Shown here piece after piece: positions 1-11,508 of a stretch of DNA of 64,000 nt. How positions within the stretch are numbered: position 1 is the first letter of the stretch; each line of letters starts with the position of its first letter. The position numbers and the translations under genes are program-made. The notes below the pieces were generated by a model. That model saw nothing but the letters and a program-made list of their open reading frames with translations. It was not told where the DNA came from and did no database searches. This DNA is from Massalongia carnosa (lineage: Eukaryota), in the NCBI GenBank assembly GCA_965645245.1, contig OZ287086.1, forward strand, positions 186,001 to 250,000, in the 5' to 3' direction.

Positions 1-1560
1 CCCAGCATGCGGAGAGGCCTCGTATCAGACTCGATACTTGTGGCCGTCGATCGTTATACAAAGTTCGCCATTTATATTCCCTCAAGAATGGACTGGTCAG
101 CCGAAATAATGGCCGATGCTGTGTTTGACCTAGTCTATGGTCAGCATGGAATGCCTGAGAATTAGGTCACTGACAGAGGCAGTCTGTTTACCTCTCATTT
201 CTGGGAAACTTTTTGCGCACACCTGTCGATACTGTGCCGCTACAGCAGCGCGTTTCACCCGCAAACTGACGGGCAGACAGAAAGACAAAATCAGACCTTG
301 GAACAATATCTTCGTACTTTATCAATTATCAGCAAGATGACTGGGCACAATGGTTAATTGTTGCTGCATTTGCTTACAATAATAGCGTTCACACGACTAC
401 CGGGGTGAGTCCATTCTTCGCCGCCTATGGCCGTCATCCCAGATGGGAAGAAGAAATCAAGGACGTAAATACAGACATCCCGGCGGCCAGGGTGCGGGCA
501 GAGGGACTCACAGAGATGAGACGCATGCTCGAAGCAAGATGGAAATCCATCATGGAGAAACAAGCCAAGAATTATGACAAAAAACATGTCCCTCACAACT
601 TCAGCAAAGGAGAAAAGGTATGGTTGAATGGAAAGAACATCCGCACCATTAGACCTTCCAAGAAGTTGGACTTCAAATTCTTTGGACCTTGTGAAATCAT
701 AGAACCCATAGGTAAGCAGGCGTACAGGCTCCGGCTTCCCACCACAGCGAAAGGCATACATGATGTTTTTCATGTGTCTCTATTGGAACCTTATAAGGTA
801 TCCGCCGATAGAGAAGAGCCTCAGCCGCCGCCAATGGAAGTTGACGGCGAAGAACAATGGGAAATAGAAGATGTACTAGACAGCCGCTTCTATTATGGGA
901 AAATACAATACTTAGTAAAGTGGTTGGGTTACCCAGATACGGATAACCAGTGGCTACCGGCCGGGGAAATGGAGGGAGCAAGAGAATTGACCTCGTCGTT
1001 TCATGAGAGGTATCCAAATAAACCACCAAGTGGTGGGCCACCCAAGAAACGACGACGACTCAACTAAGATGGAGACTCACTTCAAGTCACAATCAATCCA
1101 GCTTAAAGCGAGCAATGATGGAAAGTAAGATTGTTGATGTTACTTGGAAGAAGATTCTACGGGGAAGCGGGGTAACAACACTTGTACGTCTGGCGCGAAA
1201 TGGCGCACAGTCCGGCTCAAAAAAGCGGAGTTGTTACGAGAGTTAGGATTTAAGTCTTCCAAGAGTGAGGTTATTCCCAACTCGCGATAATGCGGCTCCT
1301 GAGGACAGTAGCCCTAAGGGGAGGCCTATTGTTACAGCGCCGCCGTATAAGGCTGATTATTACTAAGCCTGATGACTCAGTGGTGCTGAGTGGTAGTATA
1401 AAGACCAGATGGTCTGCACCTTCCAAGGCTGGCACCTTCCTATTTTAGTTAGTTAGCTTAGACTAGTGCTGGTAAAACCAGGCCTTTTGGCCTGGGAAAA
1501 ATATCATCTGCTTTCTACCTTCAGAACGCTTTTCGGGTCCATAGCTTTTCTTGCTGAACA
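1..1560 (+). mobile_element. 3' end of a Ty3/Gypsy chromovirus (integrase, chromodomain, PPT, 3' LTR); 5' part lies outside the window
   Basis: Integrase core motifs VDRYTK, TDRGSLF and [12 protein letters not shown] (with frameshifts near 165 and 320), a GPY/F module and chromodomain EEQWEIEDVLDSR..YLVKWLGY ending at 1067; PPT AAGGGGAGG near 1316-1324 before the LTR. Confidence 0.95.
1330..1560 (+). repeat. 3' LTR of the Ty3/Gypsy element
   Basis: Starts TGTTACAGC just after the PPT, ends GCTGAACA (imperfect inverted termini), and has an internal TATAAA. Confidence 0.75.
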
Positions 1561-1779
1561 CAGTCATACTATAGTCAGGTCAAGCGATGACTAATGGGAC
1601 GGGACAGAAGGTCAGTTGGCATAGTTGGCAGAGTACTGAAGAAACTCGACCTCGACTATTCCCACTGATCTATATAATGTGGTGTGAGGCCCACCTAGAT
1701 AGATCATCTTACAATTTAACTACTAATTTGTTCTACTCTTAACCCACTACACTACTCCTAGTCCAGAGCCACTCTCATA
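1561..1779 (+). repeat. Partial LTR (family D), interrupted upstream by the Gypsy element
   Basis: About 1676-1779 is the reverse complement of 9304-9410; it ends CTCTCATA versus CTCTCACA in the other copy; TATATAA present. Confidence 0.6.
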
Positions 1780-2017
1780 CTATCAGTACGATGAACAAAG
1801 CACCTACGGCTGCCCTAGATGGACAGATCATCTACGGAAACCGTAGATGCCGCAATAGGCTTAGTCCCAAGATAAGATAAGATCACCTCGATTAGAAGGG
1901 GGTGACCAGTAATAGGAAAAGATTGCTGCCTAGCAACTCTTCATCCTTAACATCTCGGTCATACATACCTTTATTATTACATAGCCATATAGCCATAGTC
2001 ATATACCTATTTCAACA
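1780..2017 (+). repeat. LTR family B, 5'-truncated copy
   Basis: Matches 2035-3380 and 27927-28200; ends TTCAACA. Confidence 0.85.
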
Positions 2018-2034
2018 AAAAAAGTCATTTCTGT

Positions 2035-3380
2035 TATTGAATATCCAATTCCTACCAGCACAATGAACACCTATCAGTACAATAAACATAGCACCTACGG
2101 CTGCCCTAGATTGACAGATCATCTACGGTTTCCGTAGATGCTGCATTAGGCTTAGTCCCAAGATAAGATAAGATCAACTCGCTTAGAAGGGGTTGACCAG
2201 TAATAGGAAAAGATTGCTACCTAGTAAATCTTCATCCTTAACAGCACGGTCATACATGTAATACGGATGGCGCTAGAGGGATACGTGATCGCCTAGGGCG
2301 GTTGCGGGATTAACTAGCATGAGCCAAGCCGTAGTACGAAGTCGCATAGCCGTCGAGGTTGCCACATCGCCACCTTGACACATCGCTATCTTGCCACAAC
2401 GCCACCTTGCCACACAACTTCGGATTAGTTGTTATCACGTTCTAGACTGCTTACAGATCAAACACCTGTCGAGGCCGCGGTGGTAGATTGCCATGGAGTG
2501 TAAGGCGAACTCCTGTGGACAATAGTATTGAACTCTATATGGAATCTACTGGCCTACTCGGAGCTACTCGATCTCTTGATGGATCAAGAGTTGTAGCAGG
2601 AGGCACGGCTAGCTGGACGCAGCTTGAGCTCGGCCTCCCCGGTGTAAACTTCAGCTTCCACCTTTATTGCTACGCTGGTAGTGATGTCGGCTGAATGAAC
2701 CTACATGACCTTGTGGTCTAGACCTTGTGTCTAGAGGCAGGTCCGCAGTGTAGACAGAGATTCAGTCGGAGGTAACCTTCCACCGTTACGTTGGTAGTGG
2801 TGACGGCGAAATGAAGCTACATAGCCTCGGCGTCTAGACTTTATGTTTAGAGGCGGGCTAGCAATGTGGCGAGGGATCTAGCCGGAGGTAGAAGCGTTCT
2901 ACCTTGCAAGGGAAGGTCTAGAAGGCTGCTCGAGGCTGACTAGATGATCCAGCGAACGCCGAGTTCGTAGATGGATCCTGAGGGATGGTTGTATGTAAGG
3001 CGATAAGGTCAGAAGTGGGTTGCAAGGCTCCTAAGGTTCCAAGGCTCCCAAGGCTATAGGCTTGGGGTGAGTAGGATAAATACCAGAACGAATCCTGTAG
3101 TATTCGTTAGCAATTAGTCTTTATTCTATGAACAACCTACGTTTGGGTCTCGGACGAGATCTCTTGGTCTAAGCACTTCCACATCCATAAGTTCTTTGGA
3201 TCACGTATACTCTCGGAGACCAGCACGTAGTAGCTATCTTCCACCTCTCACGCTGAGCATTTCCCCTTTCGAGATCAGTGTCGCTCGTGATTAGCTTACT
3301 GGTCTCGTACCCCATTACAATACAAACAAACCTTTATTATTACATAGCCATATAGCCATAGTTATATACCTATTTCAACA
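2035..3380 (+). repeat. Solo LTR family B, split by a family A solo LTR
   Basis: TATTGAA (mutated TGTTGAA)...TTCAACA with TSD TCTGT at 2030-2034 and 3381-3385. Confidence 0.9.
2257..3319 (+). repeat. Solo LTR family A (Ty3/Gypsy)
   Basis: TGTAAT...ATTACA, TSD ATACA; homologous to the LTRs of 45688-52207. Confidence 0.95.
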
Positions 3381-3470
3381 TCTGTTTGATGATGATGATG
3401 ATGTATTCATACTCCGATATGACACCGGCCGTAGGCCGGCCCATGCGGGCAAAGCTATCTAAGTTATGTT

Positions 3471-6400
3471 CTTTGATTACAGGAGGCTTAGTGGCAGACT
3501 GAAGGCTTTGAAAGGTGATTATATTAATGCTACCTAGAAGGAAGGAAGTTCGAGGGGTCCTCCCGAGGACCTTATTGACCAGATTGTTTGCTATAGCAAA
3601 CACCTCCTTAATCACCTTACCGGATTAGGATTCAGGGGGCCGGCCTATTGTAAGGCCGGCCTCCGATAAGGCTAGGTGGACCGTCGCTATTGTCAATCCA
3701 AAGCTCCCTCACAATAGGAAGGTTCCAACCTCCAGAAGTTTGAATCAACCTCATTGATTTGATGCCTCAGGGGCAGTGGTCATATTCATCTGATCGATGA
3801 ACCTTCGAAAGGAGATCCACGGTAGAGGCTTGGTTAGTCCATCAGCTATCATGTCCTTAGTGGGCACATAGCTAATTTGAATAGCTCCCTCAGCGATCAG
3901 CTCCCTCGTCTTATGATATTGGATATCGATGTGTTTGGCCCGAGGATGATTGATGGGGTTGTCGGCTAGCTTTATAGCCGCCGTATTGTCAGCTTTCAGG
4001 GGAACGGGGCCATTGACACCATATCCCAAGGATTTCAAGGCATTCGCCAAGAAGACAGCCTCCTTGCCAGCATGGCACTCCCCCATATACTCAGCCTCAG
4101 CTGTGGAGGTGGCCACCGAGGCCTGGCGTTTCGTTGACCAGCTGATTGGTCCGCTGTTCAGGAGGAAGACATAGGCGGAAGTGGATCTCCTAGTGTCCAG
4201 ACAGTCTCCATATGAGGCATCAGTATAACCGATTAAATCAGTGTGAACACCCTCATAGGAGGATCCAAAACATAGGCCTAGGTCCCTTGTTCCAGCCAAA
4301 TATCGAATTATTCTTTTTAAGATTGCGCCTTGATAGGGGGTAGGATTGATTGAATATCTACTGCAGCGATTCACCGAGTAAGCAATATCCGGCCGAGTCA
4401 TACATGCTAACCACAATAGAGATCCATAAGCATTTGATATGCCTTGATCTCTCTATTTGTAGCCTCGTATATCTTGCCTTTATAGTAATTCTTGACCAGA
4501 AGAAGATTGGTCTCCATGGGTGTTTTGACGGATTTGCAATCGGACATGTCGACTGCATCGACGATCCGCCTAATGTACGCCGATTGATGAACATATATTC
4601 TTCTATTTGGCCGGTCCCGAGTGACGTGCATCCCTAAATAGAAATTAATTGGTCCGAGATCCTTGATCCGGAATCGGTGAGACAATTCAGTCTTCAAAAG
4701 ACTGATGTCCGAAAGAGAGGGTCCGATGAGAAGTAGATCATCCACATAAATCGCTATTATGATGCCATTTTGCTGATGAATATAGACCGAATGGTCCTCG
4801 TCCACTCTCCTATAGCCCATGGTGATAAGATAGTCAGTGAGGGTGGAATACCATTCACGGGGGGCCTGCTTGAGACCATATAAGGCCTTCTTTAAGCGAC
4901 AGGCATATCCCCCTGGTTTGTCAAACCCATGGGGTTGTTCCATCCAGACCTCCTCTTTTAGAGGGGCCTCAAGGAAAGCGGTGACCACGTCGATCTGTTC
5001 GACCTCCAGGTCATATCTAGCCGCTATAGCCAGCAGGGCCTTCCATGTCATTGATTTGACCACGCTGGCATAGGTTTGATTATAGTCAATGCCTTCTATC
5101 TGGCAAAAACCTTTACCTACCCATCGGGCCTTATATCGAGATATTTCCCCATCCGGACCGAGTTTGGTGGTATAAACCCATCTACCAGGGAGGATCTTCC
5201 TACCAGGTGGTGGAATTTCCAGGTCCCAGGTCCCGTTGATGGAATGAGATTCAACCTCCTCCTCTGATGCTCGGATCCATTCGGTAGCCTCTGAAGACTG
5301 AATGGCCTCCTTGTAGGTGCTGGGGACGGTGAGGTCGTTTAAGGAGGCCTTAAGAGCTCTCAATGCGAATCCATTGTTACCCCCTTTCTTAGACCATGGA
5401 TCAGCTAATTTAGCATAATCGGGTCGAGAGGTGTTTCGGGATGGTCGGGATGATGATGTTGGTGGAGGTGGTGGTCTAGGTTCCTGAGGTACCTGTCCTG
5501 GTGCGGATTTGATCGACTGCTCGGAATTACTAGCAAATTGGCCTGTAAAAGGAGCAGTTGATGACCCAGAGGTCAGGTCGGCTACTTGTGAGTCCTCGGA
5601 ATTTTCTGAACTTTCTGATTTATCATCGTCCTCTCTCCCGGTTCCTTCATCTGCAAATTCCGGTTCTAAAGGCCGTTTAGGGGGTTCCTCATTAACGAGT
5701 TCCTCCTCTTCATTGGCATAAACTATCACTCCTGGTGTGTCCACCTCGTCGTCACCATTTCGGTAGAAGAATTGTAAGAAGCCATAGTCGTCGTCGCCAC
5801 TATCCCCCGATTCTTCAACCGAAAGGGATGCGGTCTCGTCCCATAGCACGTGTGCCGAAATGATGAGTTTCTTGGAGGTGAGGTCCCAAAGGCGATACTT
5901 GTTGTTGCCTTGAAGGCCAAGAAATCTGCATTTGATGCTTCTGTCGTCCAGCTTCTTCTTCTGAGGGTCAACATTGTAAGAGTATGCTACGCACCCGAAG
6001 ATACGAGCACCCGACAAGTCTGGCTGTCTGCCATACATCAGTTCGAAGGGTGTTTTATCACCATGCCTTGGACTCCTGTTTTTCAGGTAAGTAACGTAGG
6101 AAATAGCCTCCCCCCATTGATTAGAAGGCATTCCACTGTCACTAAGAATCGCACGGGTTCGCTCAAAGAGGGTGCGAAAGCACCTCTCGGCTACCCCATT
6201 CTGATTCGGATTGTGTGGTGCTGTCGCATCCCACTCGATGCCATTGTCCTTCAAAATTTGTAAGGTCTGATGGCCAGCATACTCCCCTCCGTTGTCACTG
6301 CGCATAAGTTTGACCGGATGTCCTTGTGTCTTCATCCATGCTAAATAGTCCTTTAGGACCTCCTTTAATTCGGATTTTTTCTTCAGAAGGTAAATTACCG

Positions 6401-8529
6401 TCCAGTCAGTAAAATCGTCAACGAAGGAGGCAGCATACTTGGCTCCCCCAATTGTCTGAGGTATGTCCCCCCCGCCAGCAATGTCGGTATGTACAATTTC
6501 ACCGATGTTGGTGGCCTTAAGTCGTTGAATTCTAACTGGATTTCGATGTTGTTTTCCTATTGCACATGATGGACACACGTTGATTTTAGGTTCTGCTGAT
6601 TCACATTTATCAGCCTTAATTGCATCAATGCCAGTGGAGAGTTTAGCTAAAATCTTGACGGCCTTCATGTTGAGATGGGCTAATCGTCGGTGCCACACCG
6701 TCCACGAGGCATTGTCGGAGGATTTGTAAGAGGTATGTAAGGTCTTTGATTGGTCCAGGTCGATCGAGTGTGTGGATCCAGAAGACTGACGAGTACCAGT
6801 AAGACAGAGTTCTCCGTCAGGGGCAAAACATTCAGTTCTTCCTTTTCCTACTCGAAATTCGAATCCTTTCGACTCAGTAACACCTACAGAAAACAGATTA
6901 TATGCTGACTCGGGTACGTGATGGACATCCTTTAGGCATACAGCCTTTGATTCACCATCCACGTCTAGATACAGGGTAACAGATCCTTTTCCTTTAATAA
7001 TCATATCAGTGGAGTTGGCCGTTTTTATGACCTTCCCTCTAATTGATTGATAGTCATCAAATAGGTCTTTGTCATAGCAAATATGGACATCGGAAGCCGA
7101 GTCTATCCACCAGGTACGATCCTTATTTTGAGACTTATGGACGTTAGTAAAGAGGGTCTTGGTTATCATTGATCTTGGAACGAAGGCTGATTTGGACGAG
7201 GGATTCGATTCCTTCTTGTCCTTATCCTCCTTCCTATCCTCCTTCTTATTCTTCACCAAGTTTTCCTTAGATGGGGCCGGTTTCCAGTTATCGGGCCGGT
7301 TGGTTGCATTCAGATAATAGCAATTGGTCTTGTTGTGGCCAGGACCGTCACAGTATTCACATTTTGACGAATTGGTATTTTTCTCCTTTTTCCCCTTTTT
7401 GCTCTTCTTATCTTCTTCTTTCTTTTCCTTCCTGTTGAACTTAGCCGTCAGTGCCTTGTTGGATTCCTCTAAGTTATGTTGACGGTTATCATGATCTATT
7501 AAGGCCATCATCATCTCGTCAACGTCTAACTCCCTCATGTTTGCTCTTGCAGCCTCTACGAGACTGAAGATATAAGGTTCCAGGTCCGGTTTAAGACCAA
7601 GTCGGAACGAGGTAGAGAGAACCCAGTCTGGTAACTTGTGACCGAGTTGTATCAACTGGGAATGGGCCTTCTTTAGGTGTTCGGCGTACTCCTGAATGGA
7701 TTTGAAATCTGATTGGCTAGCACGAAGTTGAAGGAAGGCCAGGTCTCTAGTGGCCAGAGTTGTTGCTTTGTAATGCTTTTCCAGTACATCCCACATCTCT
7801 TTTGGGTCTTCCAGGCCCTCTATATGGACTCGAGGGCCTGTTCCACAGTTCAAGTATATCTTGGTAGCTGCTTTTACCCTTCGCTTGTCCCATTTCTTCT
7901 GTTTGTCCTCGAAGGCCTCCAGTTTGTCCTCCCACCGCTCAATAGTGCTTTGTCACACTAGTATGGCCGGGGTGGTGACTCCATCCTCTATCTTAGAAGG
8001 GGAGTCCACTGGTCGAGGCGGAGCATTAAGGGGTCGGAGTTCTTCCCCTTTAACTATATCCCACAGTTCGTCTAAACTGAGGAGGTCTTTCACCTCCTCC
8101 TTCCATACATTGTAGTTCTTTTCACCTACCAACGGCTTTATCTGATAAGTTTCTAGTCCCATTGTTGAAGACTAAGCACCGACAGCTGAGGAGGTTCTTT
8201 GAGGCTTGATAATTGGCTTACAAGGACGAGGACTAGATATGTAGGAAGAGAAGAGATTATATAGCACTTCCCTAGCGTCTAGCCGGGCTCATAACCCTTT
8301 GATTACAGGAGGCTTAGTGGCAGACTGAAGGCTTTGAAAGGCGATTATATTAATGCTATCTAGAAGGAACGAAGTTCGGAGGGTCCTCCCGAGGACCTTA
8401 TTGACCAGATTGTTTGCTATAGCAAACACCTCCTTAATCACCTTACCGCATTAGGATTCAGGGGGCCGGCCTATTGTAAGGCCGGCCTCCGATAAGGCTA
8501 GGTGGACCGTCGCTATTGTCAATCCAAAG
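3471..8529 (-). mobile_element. Full-length Ty1/Copia retrotransposon with 233-bp LTRs (8297-8529 and 3471-3703)
   Basis: Direct repeats differing at only a few bases; PBS GGTTATGAGCCC at 8296-8285; PPT GTGAGGGAG next to 3703; TSD ATGTT. Confidence 0.97.
3751..8162 (-). pseudogene. Copia gag-pol polyprotein (gag, CCHC, protease, integrase, RT, RNase H) with two lesions
   Basis: CEYCDGPGHNKTNC, WWIDSAS, WHRRLAH..C..C, RSDNGGEY, YVDDLL, YTDASY, KHIDI in Copia order; in-frame TGA at 7953-7955 and a frameshift near 4420. Confidence 0.95.
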
Positions 8530-9303
8530 ATGTTACATGGAAAACCTTTCACAGGTGTAAAAACCATGTCCCTTGATACCCGTCCGATGTGACTTCGGGT
8601 CGACGTCGGGCGGGAGACGCAGTGCAAAAGACGTGTGGGAACTATAATGCCTTGTGAAAAGAGAAGAAAGAAAGAAAGGTTCAACTATTGTTGATTTTAC
8701 AATAATGTTGATGCTGGTGAGAATTGATTCAATAAGCCTGTTTTCATTAGCCAAGCAGTTAGTATCTTCAGAGTTTTTGATGATTTGGTCAGCTGCTGAT
8801 AGTCGCTCGTGCCGGCGGCGCGAAACATCTGTTCTCTATTGTCAATAAGTCTGCAGAACATGATTACATGTTCTGGAGTTTGTCTGTGCCAGCCACATGA
8901 GCAGGCCGGTGAGGTGACGGAGGGCACCCGTCGCTTGTAGAGGAAGTCAGCTAACCCGATCTTGCCAGTGCGGATTTGTGTTGTTAGAGCGCTTTCTGCC
9001 TTTTTTAGCTGCGTGTGTATTTTCAGCCGTTTTTTGCTCAGTGGGACTGCTTGTGCTATGGAGAGTTCGATGACTTCAACATCTGTTTATATATATGATT
9101 TATTCAACAAAATTCTGAAAACTGTAAAATCGTTGATGAATATTTTCGTGTTTGACAATCTCGATGAACGCATAACGCATTTTCTCGTAACAGCGCAACA
9201 AATCGAAAAAAGCATCAATTAGATAAAACAATTCATTCAAAATCTTCGAGATCGTTTAAACGTTAATAAAATCAATTTATTTGCAATGATTAATAACAAA
9301 AAC

Positions 9304-9410
9304 TGTGAGAGTGACTCTAGACTAGGAGTAGTGTAGGGGGTTAAGAGTAGAACAATTTAGTGGTTAAATTGTAAGATGATCTATCTAGGTGGGCCTAACA
9401 CCACATTACA
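9304..9410 (-). repeat. Fragment of LTR family D
   Basis: Inverted match to about 1676-1779; begins TGTGAGAG. Confidence 0.6.
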
Positions 9411-10251
9411 TGTACTTCTCCTTCGGCGGGCCCGTCTTCAGGCGCTCCATCTCGATCTCGAGCTGGTTGATCTTCCTGTCCTGCAACTCCAACGTAACCT
9501 TTATCGACATGATCATTTCCCTCAACTCACCGACGGCATCTGCGTCTACTTCACCTTGATTCACTTGCACATCATCATCTTCGCGCTCATCATCATCATC
9601 CCTTATCCTGAAGTTGATCAAGTCGTCGATCGTCTTCCCGTTCATCTCGGTGTTGAGGTACTCTCACAACAAGTAGTTGCTGGTCTGCTCTGGTTGTTTA
9701 TCTTCAACGTGATGATGTACTTATGCCAGGAACAACTACTAGACTGAGATAAGCTACTACGCTAACGGCATGACCGTGTTGACCGACGTGATCGACCTCT
9801 ACCGCTATGCCGAAGAGCGACTCCTACGCGCGGAGGCCCTTGAGCAACCCCGAGTCCGAGCACACGCAGATGTCCAAGGCCAGCCGGATCTTCAGGCTCA
9901 ACCCCGACGACAAATATGTCAAAATTACTTGCAAATTAAAGATCTTGAATAGCCTCAACTATTGACCAAGAAAGGGAGCAATTCGGATTGATTTGAGCTG
10001 TCAATTGGTTAAATGAGGTTTGGGGCAGACACGCGAAATTTAGGTACGATTTTTCGAAAATTCTGATAGGACAACACAGGGTTTTTCAAATATGGGTATT
10101 CGGCAAAATATCAAGGGCGGGGTAGCGGGGTCTGCCTAAGTCAATGAAACGGAAACACGTAATTGTCTTACTTAGTACCACATCATCCTAGGTCCTCATT
10201 TCCCTCACTTAACCATTTCACCATCCATTATCTTTAGCACTGTCGAGAAGG

Positions 10252-11221
10252 ATGACACCAGCAAAGCTTACTTGTCGCCTCCGCGTGAAAAAGATCGAAT
10301 ACAGTGATGATGACAGTCGGCAGCCACAGGAAGCGGCGCTGCTCCCTCTTAGAGACTGCCCCAACATAGGAATCGAGATACGCACACGCTGGGCCAATGA
10401 GGTGATGAAGCACTTTGAGCATACCGGGAAACCCCACACCAGCATTCGCCCAAGAGATTTTGCTGCTGGATTAGACGGATCTATCGAGTCTCTTTCAGTG
10501 CTAGGATCAGAAGGTGACCGCATTGACAGCTATCCCACTCGTTTTCAGATACCGGCAAGTACCTTAAACGGCTTGGATCGCGACGAAAAGGTTAAAAGAA
10601 CCGAATTGTTCGCAATGGCTAGTCTGCTCTACGAAATCATGACAGGGAGGAAGCCGCTTGAGGAATTAACCGACGAGGAGGTGCAGCATCGCTTCATTAA
10701 CGGAGATTTTCCCGAAGACGCCGCTACTTTACCAAATTCACTATTTATCCTTTCGGGCTGGAGTGCAGATTTCTCGCAGGAGATAACGAGACGAGGTATA
10801 CCTGATCGTTGACGCTTTTTAAAGAGCTTCTGACTGTTTCATAGTGAAATCACAAGATGTCACACTTTTCCAAGCCACGAAAAATTATGCCAAAGCCCAT
10901 CCTGTGCTCACCGGTCTTCAAATAGTAGGCACTACACTTTCCATTCTATCATTCTGCGCAGTACCTGCATTAGGAGCTATCGGATTCACGGCTGCAGGAC
11001 CCGCGGCCAACTCTGTTGCTGCAGCTTGGCAGGCATCGATAGGAGCGGTTAAGGCTGGCAGCCTCTTTGCTTGGTGTCAGAGTGCAGCGATGGGCGGAGG
11101 AGCGTTGAGCGGTATCCAAGTCGCTGGTGTTACTGGGACAGCACTTACAAGAGTGGGCGATCTTCCGGAGTTGGTGGAGACATTCAGGAGGAGTTTCCGT
11201 AAATCAAACCGAATAGAGTGA
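10252..11221 (+). CDS. Two-exon gene (10252-10795, 10845-11221, ~306 aa): truncated kinase-like C-lobe fused to an IFI27/Ifi-6-16-like Gly/Ala-rich domain
   Basis: A 49-bp GT..CTGAC..AG intron joins the two ORFs in frame; ELFAMASLLYEIMTGRKPL resembles kinase subdomain IX; GFTAAGPAANSVAAAWQASIGAVKAGSLFAWCQSAAMGG resembles the ISG12 motif. Confidence 0.75.
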
Positions 11222-11323
11222 TTCTGTCACGTTTACTGCATTGCCTTTAACAGCCTGACAAGAAGCAAAGAATGTGTTCCTTATTGGTCACGGTCCTGCC
11301 TTAATGTTCTCTATCATATAATA

Positions 11324-11508
11324 GTGGACACTATTAAAAAACTCAGAGCTGAAGCCCAGTCTTATCAAGCTGAACTGAGGTCGCTGAATGGCAAAATCCA
11401 ACGCGTGGAAGAGCAAGTGTTACAGGAAACTCCTGCTGAGAATATTGGAAAAGAGGTTCGGCTGCGATACTTGGAACAACCTCGACAGCGGATGGGAAGG
11501 GGCATCGG
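11324..11508 (+). pseudogene. Fragment of a coiled-coil protein gene, 3'-truncated
   Basis: Heptad-like DTIKKLRAEAQSYQAELRSLNGKIQRVEE, ending where the antisense dynamin fragment begins. Confidence 0.35.

Larger units (their letters stand above)
3387..9062 (-). mobile_element. 5'-truncated Tad1-like LINE 3' end, split by the Copia element
   Basis: (ATC)n tail at 3387-3403; 3' UTR similar to 31009-31110 and resuming after 8534; ORF2 C-terminal motif SPACSCGWHRQTPEHVIMFC at 8697-8927; upstream boundary approximate. Confidence 0.85.

Noticed and set aside
2488..2694. Recurrent short ORFs such as MESTGLLGATRSLDGSRVVAGG (also near 45807, 51297, 54511, 58266)
   Set aside because: They lie within family A LTR copies and the frames are not conserved between copies.
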